A stretch of DNA of 64,000 nucleotides from Alphaproteobacteria bacterium (GTDB lineage: Bacteria; Pseudomonadota; Alphaproteobacteria; JAAXGF01), in contig CAUVXB020000002.1 of assembly GCA_963555825.3 (NCBI GenBank), forward strand, positions 896,001 to 960,000. Direction: 5' to 3'. The notes under the pieces were generated by a model. That model was not told where the DNA came from. It did not search any database and saw nothing but the letters and a program-made list of their open reading frames with translations. Made by a program: the position numbers and the translations under genes. The first letter of the stretch is position 1; every line of letters starts with the position of its first letter. Below, piece by piece: positions 38,701 to 48,695 of this stretch.

Positions 38701-41658
38701 ATGACGTTGTCGGTCTCGACCATCCCGCCGGGCGCGCCCTTCGTCGACACGCTGGCCGCCGGCATCCTGGCGTGCCATGGCGGCGATCCTCTCGATCTCG
38801 CCGGGCTCACCGTGCTGCTGCCGACGCGGCGCGCCTGTCTCGCGCTGCGCGACGCCTTCCTGCGCCGCAGCGGCGGGACGGCGCTCCTGCTGCCGCGCAT
38901 CACGCCGCTCGGCGACGTCGACCCCGACGAGATCGAGGCGGCCGCCGACATCGGTGCGGGCGGCGACGCCGACGCCGAGGTGCCGCCGGCGATCTCCGAG
39001 CTGTCGCGCCGCCTGCTGCTCGCCCGGCTGATCCTGGCCTGGGGCGGCGAAAGCGACATGCGCGCCGACCAGGCGGTGCGGCTCGCCGGCGAGCTCGCCG
39101 CGCTGCTCGACCAGGTGCAGACCGCGCGTCTGTCGTTCGACGCGCTCGACGGCCTGGTGCCCGACGACTACGCCGCGCACTGTCAGCACACGCTCGACTT
39201 CCTCAAGATCGTCACCGCCGCGTGGCCCGCGCTGCTCGCCGAGCGTGGCCTGATCGACCCGGCGGTACGCCGCGACACGATGCTCGGCCGGCTCGCCGAG
39301 CGCTGGCGCGCGGCGCCGCCCGCCGATCCGGTGATCGCTGCCGGCTCGACCGGCAGCATCCCGGCGACCGCCGATCTGCTGGCGGTCATCGCGAATTTGC
39401 CGGCCGGCGAGGTCGTGCTGCCCGGCCTCGAGCGCGACGCCGACGAGGCGAGTTGGGAGGCGCTCGACGAGAGCCACCCGCAGTACGGCCTCAAACGCCT
39501 CATTGAGCATATCGGCATCGACCGCGACCGGGTCGCCGACTGGCCACTTTACGACGATATCGCGGCCAGCCACCCGGCGCGCGCCGCGCTCATTGCCGCC
39601 GCGTTGCGCCCGGCCGAGACGACCGACGCCTGGCGCGATATGCCGGCGCCGCCCGACGCCGCCTTCGACGGCCTCGAGCGCATCGACTGTCCCGGCGCGC
39701 GCGAGGAGACCGGCGTCATCGCGCTCAAGCTGCGCGAGGCGTTGGAGCATGAGGGCCGCAGCGCCGCGCTGGTGACGCGCGACCGCGGCCTCGCCCGGCG
39801 CGTCGCCGCCGAGCTCGGCCGCTGGGGCGTCGCGCTCGACGATTCGGGCGGCCAGCCGCTCGCCGACACGGCGCCCGGGAGTTTCCTGCGGCTGGCCGCG
39901 CAGCTCGTCGCCGCGCGCGCCGCGCCGCTCGCCCTGCTCGCCGCGCTCAAGCATCCGCTCGCCGCCGGTGGCCGGGCGCCGGGCCGGTTCCGCGCGCGGG
40001 TCCGCGCGCTCGAACACGCGGTGCTGCGCGGGCCGCGGCCCGAGGCCGGCTTCGCGGGCGTCGCCCGTGCGCTCGCCGCGGCCAAGGCGCCGGTCGGGCT
40101 GCGCAAATTCTTCGACGCCATCGCCGATGCCGCCGCGCCGTTCGCCGAGGCGATGGCGCAGCCCTCGGTCGGGCTCGGCGAGATCGCGCGCGCCCATCTC
40201 GGCTTCGCCGAGTGGCTCGCCACCAGCGACGCCGAGCCCGGCGCCGAGCGGCTGTGGCGCGGCGACGCCGGCGAGGCCGCCGCGGCGTTCTTCACCGAGC
40301 TCGCCGAGGACGCCGGCGTGCTGCCGCCGATCGCCGGGCGCGACTATCCAACGCTGCTCGACCGATTGGTCGAGACGCGCGTCGTGCGGCCGCGCTTCGG
40401 CCGCCATCCCAGACTGCACATCTGGGGCCCGCTGGAGGCTCGCCTGCAGCACGCCGACGTGATGATCCTGGGCGGCCTAAACGAGGCCAGCTGGCCGCCC
40501 GAACCGGCCGCCGACCCGTGGCTCAGCCGGCCGATGCGCGCCCGCTTCGGCCTGCCCGCGCACGAGCGCCGCATCGGCCTCGCGGCGCATGACTTCGCGC
40601 AATGCGCGGCGGCGCCCAATGTGGTGCTGAGCCGCGCCGAGAAGATCGAGGGCACGCCGACCGTGCCGTCGCGCTGGCTGGCGCGGCTCGGTACGCTGGT
40701 CGAGGGCTGGGGGCGCGCCGAGCGCATCGCGGGCGCGCCGGCGTGGCTCGCTTGGCACGCCGCGCTCGACCGGCCCGATGCAGTGCGCCCCGCACCGCCG
40801 CCGGCGCCCTGCCCGCCGGTCGGCGCGCGGCCGCGCCAACTCTCGGTCACCGCGATCGAGACCTGGCTGCGCGATCCGTATGCCATCTATGCCCAACGGA
40901 TTCTCAAGCTCCGGCGGCTCGACCCGATCGACGCCGACCCCGGCGCCGCCGACCGCGGCACCATCATCCACGAGGCGCTCGACCACTTCGTCTCGGCGTT
41001 CGACGGGGCGCTGCCCGACGACGCGCTGACCCGGCTGGTCGACTTCGGCCGCGCGGCGTTCGAGCCGTTCGGTGATCGCCCCGGGGTCGTGGCCTTCTGG
41101 TGGCCCCGGTTCGAGCGTATCGCCAAATGGTTCATCGCCGAGGAAAGCGCGCGTCGCGCCGCGCTGCGGGCGCTCGCCAGCGAGGTCGCCGGGCGGCTCG
41201 AGATCGCCGCGCCGGCGGGGCCGTTCACCCTGACTGCCAAGGCCGACCGGATCGAGCGCCGCGCCGACGGCACGCTTGCGATCATCGATTACAAGACCGG
41301 CGTCGTGCCGAGCACCGCCGAGGTCGAAGCCGGCCTCGCGCCGCAACTGTCGCTCGAGGCGGCGATCGCCGCGGCCGGTGGCTTCGAGGACATTGCCGCG
41401 GCGGCGGTCGGCGAGCTCGCCTACTGGCGGCTCACTGGGGCCGAGCAGGCCGGCGAGATCAAGCCGGTCAAGGCCGACGCCATGGCGCTCGCCCGGGACG
41501 CCGAGGCCGGCTTGCGGGCGCTGATCGCCAGGTTCGACGATCCGGCGACACCGTATCTCGCGCGGCCCGATGCGGCGCGCGCGCCGCGCTTCAGCGACTA
41601 CGAACACTTGGCGCGCGTCAAGGAATGGTCCGACCCGGCGCGCGGCGAGGAGACCTGA
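38701..41658 (+). CDS. addB: Double-strand break repair protein AddB
   Basis: LLPTRRA, AGSTGSIPAT, HPQYGL, DPYAIYA, KADRI, IIDYKTG. Confidence 0.95.
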   Translation: MTLSVSTIPPGAPFVDTLAAGILACHGGDPLDLAGLTVLLPTRRACLALRDAFLRRSGGTALLLPRITPLGDVDPDEIEAAADIGAGGDADAEVPPAISELSRRLLLARLILAWGGESDMRADQAVRLAGELAALLDQVQTARLSFDALDGLVPDDYAAHCQHTLDFLKIVTAAWPALLAERGLIDPAVRRDTMLGRLAERWRAAPPADPVIAAGSTGSIPATADLLAVIANLPAGEVVLPGLERDADEASWEALDESHPQYGLKRLIEHIGIDRDRVADWPLYDDIAASHPARAALIAAALRPAETTDAWRDMPAPPDAAFDGLERIDCPGAREETGVIALKLREALEHEGRSAALVTRDRGLARRVAAELGRWGVALDDSGGQPLADTAPGSFLRLAAQLVAARAAPLALLAALKHPLAAGGRAPGRFRARVRALEHAVLRGPRPEAGFAGVARALAAAKAPVGLRKFFDAIADAAAPFAEAMAQPSVGLGEIARAHLGFAEWLATSDAEPGAERLWRGDAGEAAAAFFTELAEDAGVLPPIAGRDYPTLLDRLVETRVVRPRFGRHPRLHIWGPLEARLQHADVMILGGLNEASWPPEPAADPWLSRPMRARFGLPAHERRIGLAAHDFAQCAAAPNVVLSRAEKIEGTPTVPSRWLARLGTLVEGWGRAERIAGAPAWLAWHAALDRPDAVRPAPPPAPCPPVGARPRQLSVTAIETWLRDPYAIYAQRILKLRRLDPIDADPGAADRGTIIHEALDHFVSAFDGALPDDALTRLVDFGRAAFEPFGDRPGVVAFWWPRFERIAKWFIAEESARRAALRALASEVAGRLEIAAPAGPFTLTAKADRIERRADGTLAIIDYKTGVVPSTAEVEAGLAPQLSLEAAIAAAGGFEDIAAAAVGELAYWRLTGAEQAGEIKPVKADAMALARDAEAGLRALIARFDDPATPYLARPDAARAPRFSDYEHLARVKEWSDPARGEET

Positions 41659-44600
41659 TGGCGCGGCACAGGCAAGCTCCGCTGCCGAGCTGGCGGGTCA
41701 GCGGCCCGCAGCGCAACGCCGCCGATCCGACGCAATCGGTCTGGGTCGCGGCGTCGGCCGGCGCCGGCAAGACCAAGGTGCTGACCGACCGGGTCATGCG
41801 CCTGCTGCTCGACGACGCGCCGCCCGCGCGGCTGCTTTGCCTGACCTTCACGCGCGCCGCGGCGGCCGAGATGGCCAACCGCATCAACCGCGACCTCGGG
41901 CGCTGGACGCTGGTCGACGACGCACTGCTCGATGCCGAACTCGAGGCACTGACCGGGTCGCTGCCCGACGACGCGATGCGGCGCCGCGCGCGCCGGCTGT
42001 TCGCCGCCGTGCTCGACGCGCCGGGCGGCCTCAAGATCATGACCATCCATGCCTTCTGCCAGTCGCTGCTCGGCCGCTTTCCGCTCGAGGCCGGGCTCGC
42101 GCCGCATTTCGAGGTGCTCGACGAGCGCGCCGCGGCCGAGCTGCTGCGCGACGCCCAGTCGGCCGTGCTGGTCGCCGCCCACGCGGCTGTCGAGCCCGGG
42201 CTTACCGAGGCGCTCGCCGAGGTCTCCGGCCAGGTCAACGAAGACGCCTTCCACGACCTGATGGATGCGCTGCGCGGCGCGCGGGGCCGCTTGCGTGCGC
42301 TGCTCGACCACCACGGCGATGTCGACGGCCTGATCGACGCGACGTGGCACCTGCTCGGTGTCGCGGCGGGCGAAACGGTCGATGACGTGGTCGGCGCGGC
42401 TTCGGCCGACGGTATATTCGACGGCGTCGCGCTGGCCGCCGTTTGCGCCGCGCTCGAGCACGGCAGCGATGCGGACATCGCGCGCGGCGCCCGCCTCGCC
42501 GCCTGGCTCGAGATGCCGGTCGCGGCGCGCCAAGCCGCGTTCGACGATTACGCCGATATCTTCCTGACCAAGGCGTTCGAGCCACGCGCCCGGCTCATCA
42601 CCAAGGCGGCGCAAGCCGCCGATCCGGCGGCGGAAGATGCGCTCGGCGCCGAACAAGCGCGCCTGGTCGACGTCATCGAGCGGCGCAGGGCCGTGACCGT
42701 GGCGCGCGCGAGCGCCGCGCTGTTGCGCCTCGGCGGCGCCCTGCTCGACGAATACGACCGCCACAAGGCGGCGCGGGCGCGGCTCGATTACGACGATCTG
42801 GTGCTCGCCGCCGGCCGGCTGCTCGCCCGCCCTGGCGTCGCGCCCTGGGTGCTCTACAAGCTCGACGGCGGGCTCGACCACATCCTGGTCGACGAGGCGC
42901 AGGACACCAGCCCCGAGCAGTGGCGCGTGATCGCCCGGCTGGCCGACGAGTTCTTCGCCGGCGAAGGCGCGCGCGAAATACTGCGCACCGTGTTCGTGGT
43001 CGGCGACGAAAAGCAATCGATCTTCAGCTTCCAGGGCGCCGATCTCGCCGCGCTGGCCGCCATGCGCGCCCATTTCGCGGCCAGGGTCCGGGCTGCCGAC
43101 GAGGCCTGGCAGGAGGTCGGGTTGGGCATCTCGTTCCGCTCGACCGCCGCGGTGCTGCAGGCGGTCGACGCGGTGTTCGCCAACCCCGCGGCGCGCGATG
43201 GCGTCGTTTTCGCCGATCACGTCGTGGCGCACGAGGCCGAGCGCAAGGGCCATGCCGGCCATGTCGAGCTATGGCCGCTGGTCGCCGACGCCGACGCCGA
43301 CGACCCGGCGCCCTGGGCGGTGCCCGTCGAACGGCGCGAGGCGGCGCGCTCGAGCGCGCGTCTGGCGCGTCACATCGCACGCACCGTGCACGGCTGGGTC
43401 AGCGGCGGCGAAAGGCTCGACGCGCGCGATCGCGCGGTCCGCCCGGGCGACGTGCTGGTGCTGGTGCGCCGGCGCACCGTGTTCGTCGAGGAACTGGTGC
43501 GTGCGCTCAAGGGTCTCGGCGTGCCGGTCGCCGGCGCCGACCGCATGGTGCTGACCGATCAACTCGCGGTCATGGACCTGGTGGCGCTCGGCGAATTTCT
43601 GCTGCTGCCCGACGACGACCTGACGCTCGCCGCCGTTCTCAAAGGCCCGTTGATCGGCCTCGACGAGGACGCGCTGTTCGACCTCGCCTACGGACGCCGC
43701 GCCAGCCTGTGGGCCGAACTGGTCCGGCGCCGCGCTGAACGCCACGATTACAGGCGCGCCCATCGCACGCTCGCCGCGCTGCTCGGCCGGGTCGATTTCG
43801 TGCCGCCCTACGAGCTTTACGCCGAGATACTCGGTGTGCGCGGCGGCAGGCGGCAGTTGGTCGGGCGCCTCGGTCCCGACGCCAACGATCCGATCGACGA
43901 GTTCCTGACGCTCGCGCTCGGCTATGAACGCATCGAGGCGCCATCGCTGCAGGGCTTCCTCCATTGGCTCGCGGCGGGCGAGACGCAGATCAAGCGCGAC
44001 CTCGACCAGGCGCGCGACGAGGTGCGCGTGATGACCGTGCACGGCGCCAAGGGCCTCCAGGCGCCGATCGTCATCCTGCCCGATACCACGGCGCTACCCG
44101 GCGGTGGCCGCGGCGCGACGCTGTTGTGGCATGACCTCGACGGCGAAGAACCGACGCTGCTGTGGCCGGTACGCACGGCCAACGACGAGCGGCGCTGCCG
44201 CGCGGCGCGCCAGGCCTTGCGCGACCGCGAGAGCGAGGAATACCGCCGGTTGCTCTACGTCGCCATGACGCGCGCCGAGGACCGGCTCTATGTCTGCGGC
44301 TGGCAGGGGCGCCATGCGCCGCCTGACGGATGCTGGTACCGCCTGGTCGCCGATACCATGGAGACGATCGCCGAGGCGGTCGAATTCGACACCACGGCGC
44401 AGGGTCCGGACGGCTGGCGCGGCACCGCCTACCGGCTCGCCGAGCCGCAGACGCGTGGCGCCGAGGCCGACGACGCGGCGCGGCCCGGCGATGCGCCGCC
44501 GCCGACGGAAGAACCCGACTTCCTGCGCAGCCCCGCGCCGCCCGAGCCCGCGCCGCCGCGTCCGCTGGCGCCGTCGCGTCCGGCGACGGCCGAGCCGGCG

Positions 44601-45140
44601 GTGCTGTCGCCGCTCGCCGAGGGCCCGGGCGAGGGCCGCTTCCTGCGCGGTCGGCTGATCCACTGGCTGTTGCAGCTGTTGCCCGACGCCGAACCTGCGG
44701 CGCGCGACGCCCTGTGCCGCCGGCTGCTGGCGCGGCCGGGCCATGGACTGACCGCCGAGGCGCAGGCCGAGATCGCCGCCGAGGTGCTCGCGGTCATCGA
44801 CGATGCGCGCTTCGCCGCGCTGTTCGGGCCGACCAGCCGCGCCGAGGTGCCGCTGGCCGGCGTCGTCGACGGCGCCGTGGTCGCCGGCCAGGTCGACCGA
44901 CTCGTCGTCGGCGCCGATCGCGTCACGGTGATCGACTATAAGACCAACCGGCCGGCGCCCGACCGCGAGGCCGACGTGGCGCCCGCCTACATCGCCCAGA
45001 TGGCCGCTTACCGCGCGGTGCTGGAACAAATCTACCCCGACAAAACAATAGTTTGCCTGTTGCTGTGGACCGACGGGCCGCATCTGATGCAACTCAGCGA
45101 TGCGGCATTAATACCAAGGGTCAGTGATAAAGACCCCTAG
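41658..45140 (+). CDS. addA: Double-strand break repair helicase AddA; last residues derived from MITE A3
   Basis: ASAGAGKT, VDEAQDTS, VGDEKQSIFSFQG, TVHGAKGL, YVAMTRA, DYKTNR. Confidence 0.96.
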   Translation: MARHRQAPLPSWRVSGPQRNAADPTQSVWVAASAGAGKTKVLTDRVMRLLLDDAPPARLLCLTFTRAAAAEMANRINRDLGRWTLVDDALLDAELEALTGSLPDDAMRRRARRLFAAVLDAPGGLKIMTIHAFCQSLLGRFPLEAGLAPHFEVLDERAAAELLRDAQSAVLVAAHAAVEPGLTEALAEVSGQVNEDAFHDLMDALRGARGRLRALLDHHGDVDGLIDATWHLLGVAAGETVDDVVGAASADGIFDGVALAAVCAALEHGSDADIARGARLAAWLEMPVAARQAAFDDYADIFLTKAFEPRARLITKAAQAADPAAEDALGAEQARLVDVIERRRAVTVARASAALLRLGGALLDEYDRHKAARARLDYDDLVLAAGRLLARPGVAPWVLYKLDGGLDHILVDEAQDTSPEQWRVIARLADEFFAGEGAREILRTVFVVGDEKQSIFSFQGADLAALAAMRAHFAARVRAADEAWQEVGLGISFRSTAAVLQAVDAVFANPAARDGVVFADHVVAHEAERKGHAGHVELWPLVADADADDPAPWAVPVERREAARSSARLARHIARTVHGWVSGGERLDARDRAVRPGDVLVLVRRRTVFVEELVRALKGLGVPVAGADRMVLTDQLAVMDLVALGEFLLLPDDDLTLAAVLKGPLIGLDEDALFDLAYGRRASLWAELVRRRAERHDYRRAHRTLAALLGRVDFVPPYELYAEILGVRGGRRQLVGRLGPDANDPIDEFLTLALGYERIEAPSLQGFLHWLAAGETQIKRDLDQARDEVRVMTVHGAKGLQAPIVILPDTTALPGGGRGATLLWHDLDGEEPTLLWPVRTANDERRCRAARQALRDRESEEYRRLLYVAMTRAEDRLYVCGWQGRHAPPDGCWYRLVADTMETIAEAVEFDTTAQGPDGWRGTAYRLAEPQTRGAEADDAARPGDAPPPTEEPDFLRSPAPPEPAPPRPLAPSRPATAEPAVLSPLAEGPGEGRFLRGRLIHWLLQLLPDAEPAARDALCRRLLARPGHGLTAEAQAEIAAEVLAVIDDARFAALFGPTSRAEVPLAGVVDGAVVAGQVDRLVVGADRVTVIDYKTNRPAPDREADVAPAYIAQMAAYRAVLEQIYPDKTIVCLLLWTDGPHLMQLSDAALIPRVSDKDP

Positions 45141-46587
45141 AGACGGCTTGCCGTGGTTTTCGGCTAGGCGCGCCCGTCGCGGCGATGCCCATGTATGACA
45201 AGAGGAGGGGCATCGCAAGGCGGGCGCAACGACGTCCGCCAGTCTGATACCAGTGAGCCTATGAAATCACCTTCATGATCCATGGATAGGCGCAGAGGGT
45301 TCGCATACGATCCGGTTCTGCGATGAGGTCGATCCATGCTTGGCAACAGGCGTCGATGATGGCCTCGGTGTCGTCGAGGACGCGGAGCGATAGGAAGCGT
45401 TCGCGTAGGTAGAGCCAAACCCGCTCGACGGGGTTGAGTTCGGGACTGTAAGGCGGCAACAGCGCCAAGGTGACGTTGTCGGGGACGGTGAGGGCGCGCT
45501 CGTCGTGCCAACCGGCGCCGTCGCACATCATGACGGCGTGCGCATCCTGGTCCAGGGTATCGGCGAAGTGTGCGAGAAACAGGTCCATGACCTTGGCGTT
45601 GACGCTCGGCATCACCAGGGTGACGTCGTCGCCGGTGTCCGGGCGCACGGCGGAGAAGATGTAGGCCCACTGGTAGCCGATTTGACGCGTCCCGGGGGCA
45701 CGCTCGCCCCTGCGCCACCACCGGTGACACACCCGGCCCTTGTTGCCGACGCGCGCTTCATCCTGAAACCACAGCTGTAGGCGCTTGTCGGGATGCGCCG
45801 CGGCGGTCGCCTTCAGGATGTCGCGAAGCCCCCTTTTTTGAAGCGCTCCTGCGCTTCGGCGTCCCTTCGCGGGTGGCTCGGGCGCGCCTTCTGGCGGGAA
45901 AATCCCATCCGCCGTAGAACCCGGGTCATGCTCGAGGGGTGGTAGGTCTTGGCGAAGCGCTCCTCCAGCCAGCGGCACAGATCGGCCCGGGTCCAGGCGC
46001 AAACCCCGTCGCGCTCAGGCTCCGGCCCGGCGATGATGACCGCCGCCAGCGCCGCTTCCTCGTCTGCCGTCAGCCGCCGCGGCGAGTAGCCCTTTGGACG
46101 GTCGTGAAGCCCCTCCAATCCCTTTGCATTGTAACGAACAACCGCGTCGCGAAGCGTTTGGCGATCCATCCCCGCAAGCCGCGCGGCATCAGCCCGGGGC
46201 ATCTCCTCCAAAGCATTCGCGATCCCATAGGCCCGCGCCGCCGCTCGACCGTACGATTCCACGCGAGCCCAGCGCCGAAGCTCCAAAGGCGTCAAATCAT
46301 CCCGTATCTTGAGTGCTGATCCCATGACATCCCCCACATCTGGTGGGAGACCATAGAATCACAATCCGCCATCATCCGCCATCAATGAATATCCCGAGAG
46401 TCAATTCAGGCGCTCACTGGTATGATAGCGGGCGAGAGCCTCGGCAAGCCGCCCTTCGGGTCGCGGCCGCTTATCGCCGGAGGGCGCCAGGTTGCCTAGC
46501 CGATGCGCTGCATTGCCTGCGGCTGCCTTGCCTCACCGTCGAAAAGCGGACGCGATCTCTAGGGGCCTTTATCACTGACCCTTGGTA
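45112..46587 (+). mobile_element. MITE family A, copy A3 (298 bp net), interrupted by IS630 copy 2
   Basis: 31/32 TIR TACCAAGGGTCAGTGATAAAG(A/G)CCCCTAGAGA; removing the IS and 3 bp gives the same length as A2. Confidence 0.88.
45248..46422 (-). mobile_element. IS630-family element, copy 2 (1175 bp, inverted relative to copy 1)
   Basis: ORFs identical to copy 1 except KAIS/KVIS; flanked by TGA on both sides. Confidence 0.93.
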
Positions 46588-46701
46588 TATCGGCGCGCGC
46601 GCCTTGACGCTGGGCCACCCCGTGCCTAAGTTGACGCAGGGTAATTTTGGCGGCAAGGCGGGTCCGGGAATTCGCCACCCGCACCATGAGGGGACACCCG
46701 A

Positions 46702-47022
46702 ATGAGTATTTCACACGTTACCGACGATTCTTTCGAATCCGACGTCTTACAGGCGCCCGGCCCGGTGCTGGTTGATTTCTGGGCCGAATGGTGCGGCCCG
46801 TGCAAGCAGATCGCGCCGGCGCTCGTCGACATCGCCGACGAAATGAATGGCCAGGTCTCGATCGCCAAGCTCAACATCGACGAAAACCCGTCAACGCCGT
46901 CGAAATACGGCGTGCGCGGCATCCCGACCCTGATCCTGTTCAAGAACGGCCAGATCGCGGCCACCAAGGTCGGCGCGCTGCCCAAGAACAAACTCTACGA
47001 GTGGCTCGCCTCGTCGCTTTAA
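46702..47022 (+). CDS. trxA: Thioredoxin
   Basis: [19 protein letters not shown]. Confidence 0.97.
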   Translation: MSISHVTDDSFESDVLQAPGPVLVDFWAEWCGPCKQIAPALVDIADEMNGQVSIAKLNIDENPSTPSKYGVRGIPTLILFKNGQIAATKVGALPKNKLYEWLASSL

Positions 47023-47069
47023 GCGCAACGCCACACATTTCCTGATTACATCCGATCGGTAAGTCGCGT

Positions 47070-47117
47070 TTGACGTGTTCTTGGCGTTTTGGTATGAATT
47101 TCCGATGGATCTCGGAA
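47070..47117 (+). promoter_or_regulatory. Sigma70-type promoter with an operator-like palindrome over the start codon
   Basis: TTGACG(47070)-N17-TATGAA(47093); ATG 6 nt later; TTCCGA-TGGATC-TCGGAA at 47100-47117. Confidence 0.55.
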
Positions 47118-48685
47118 TTTATCTCAAACAATCGCGCCTATCGCTCGCGGAGTTTGCCGAAAAGGTAGGTGTGTCCGAGGCGTCGATGAGCCGATACGTC
47201 GCCGGCAAACGCGTGCCGCGGCCGCGGATCATGCTGCGCATCACCGCCGCGAGCGACGGCCAGGTCGAGGCCAACGACTTCGTCGGCACCAAGGCCGCGC
47301 GGCCGGCCGCGCCCGCCGCCGACACCGCGCCGCCCAGCGCCGCCCGCTCGTTCCGCGCCGCCCATCCCGACATCGGTGTGCTGGATGTGCTGATTTCCGA
47401 CGTGAATGGCGTGTTGCGCGGCAAGCGTCTGGCGATCGACGGACTCGACAAGCTGGTCGCCGGCGAGGTCACCATGCCCGGCTCGATCGTCGTGCTCGAC
47501 ATCACCGGCAGCAATGTCGAGGCGACCGGCAGCGGCATGGCCGACGGCGACCCCGACGTCCGCTGCATGGCCGTTCCCGACACGCTCGCGCCGGTGCCCT
47601 GGGCGCCGCGCCCGACCGCGCAGACGCTGATCAGCTTCTACCGCACCGACGGCCGGCCGTTCGCGCTCGACCCGCGCCATGTGCTGGCGCAAACCGCGCG
47701 GCGCTTCGACGAACTGGGTCTCACGCCGGTCACCGCCGTCGAGCTCGAATTCTACCTGCTCGACCGCGCCGCCGACGCGCAGGGCCGACCGCAGCCACCG
47801 TTGTTCGCGACCAGTGGACGGCGCGCCACCGAGACCCAGTGCTACAGCATGGACGACCTCGACGACGCGCGCGCGGTGCTCGACGACATCGCCGATGCTT
47901 GCGCCGTGCAGTCGATCCCGGCGAGCGTGGCGACCTCGGAATACGCGCCCAGCCAGTTCGAGATCAATCTCGCGCACCAGCCCGACGCGTTGCGCGCCTG
48001 CGACCAGGCGGTGCTGCTCAAGCGCGCGATCAAGGGCGTCGCGCGGCGCCATGGCCTCGAGGCGACCTTCATGGCCAAGCCCTTCGCCGATATCGCGGGC
48101 AGCGGCCTGCACCTGCACACCAGCCTCTTGGACGGCGACGGGCGCAACATCTTCGACGACCGCGCGGCCGACGGCGAGACGCGGTTGCGCCACGCGATCG
48201 GCGGCCTCGCCGCGACCATGAGCGAGGCGATGGCGGTGTTCGGCCCGAACGCCAATTCGTTCCGCCGCCTGGCGCCCGGCGCGTACGCGCCGCTGGCACC
48301 GAGCTGGGGCGTCGACAACCGCACCGTGGCGCTCCGCGTGCCGCTGGTGCGCGGCGCGGCGAGCCGCATCGAGCACCGGCCGGCGGGCGCCGACGCCAAC
48401 GTCTATCTGGCCGCCGCCTGCGTGCTCGCCGGCATCCACCACGGCCTGGTGAATGCGCTCGATCCCGGCCCGCCAACCACCGGCAACGCGTACGAGCAAC
48501 ACCCGCAGGTGTTGCCCGGCCACTGGATCGACGCGCTGCGCGCGCATGACGCGGCGACCGTGCTGCCGGATTATCTGGGCGAGGTCTACTGGCGCGCCTA
48601 CAGCGCCTGCAAATGGCAGGAGGTCGCCGAATTCAACGCGCGCATCACGCCCGCCGAATACGAGCTGTATCTGAGGGCGTTATAA
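47105..48685 (+). CDS. Cro/XRE-like HTH fused to a glutamine-synthetase-family (PuuA/PauA-like) gamma-glutamyl ligase
   Basis: YLKQSRLSLAEFAEKVGVSEASMSRYVAGKRVP...QVEANDF; Ala/Pro linker; D-NG-LRGK, ELEFY, E-APSQFEIN, FMAKP, GSGLHLH, NRT, RIEHR. Confidence 0.88.
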   Translation: MDLGIYLKQSRLSLAEFAEKVGVSEASMSRYVAGKRVPRPRIMLRITAASDGQVEANDFVGTKAARPAAPAADTAPPSAARSFRAAHPDIGVLDVLISDVNGVLRGKRLAIDGLDKLVAGEVTMPGSIVVLDITGSNVEATGSGMADGDPDVRCMAVPDTLAPVPWAPRPTAQTLISFYRTDGRPFALDPRHVLAQTARRFDELGLTPVTAVELEFYLLDRAADAQGRPQPPLFATSGRRATETQCYSMDDLDDARAVLDDIADACAVQSIPASVATSEYAPSQFEINLAHQPDALRACDQAVLLKRAIKGVARRHGLEATFMAKPFADIAGSGLHLHTSLLDGDGRNIFDDRAADGETRLRHAIGGLAATMSEAMAVFGPNANSFRRLAPGAYAPLAPSWGVDNRTVALRVPLVRGAASRIEHRPAGADANVYLAAACVLAGIHHGLVNALDPGPPTTGNAYEQHPQVLPGHWIDALRAHDAATVLPDYLGEVYWRAYSACKWQEVAEFNARITPAEYELYLRAL

Positions 48686-48695
48686 GCGTCGCCGC

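Noticed and set aside
34073-45247. Inversion or composite transposon between the inverted IS630 copies
   Set aside because: Each IS retains its own matching flanks and host repeat halves, and the ahcY-tsaE-addBA-trxA order is the usual core order.
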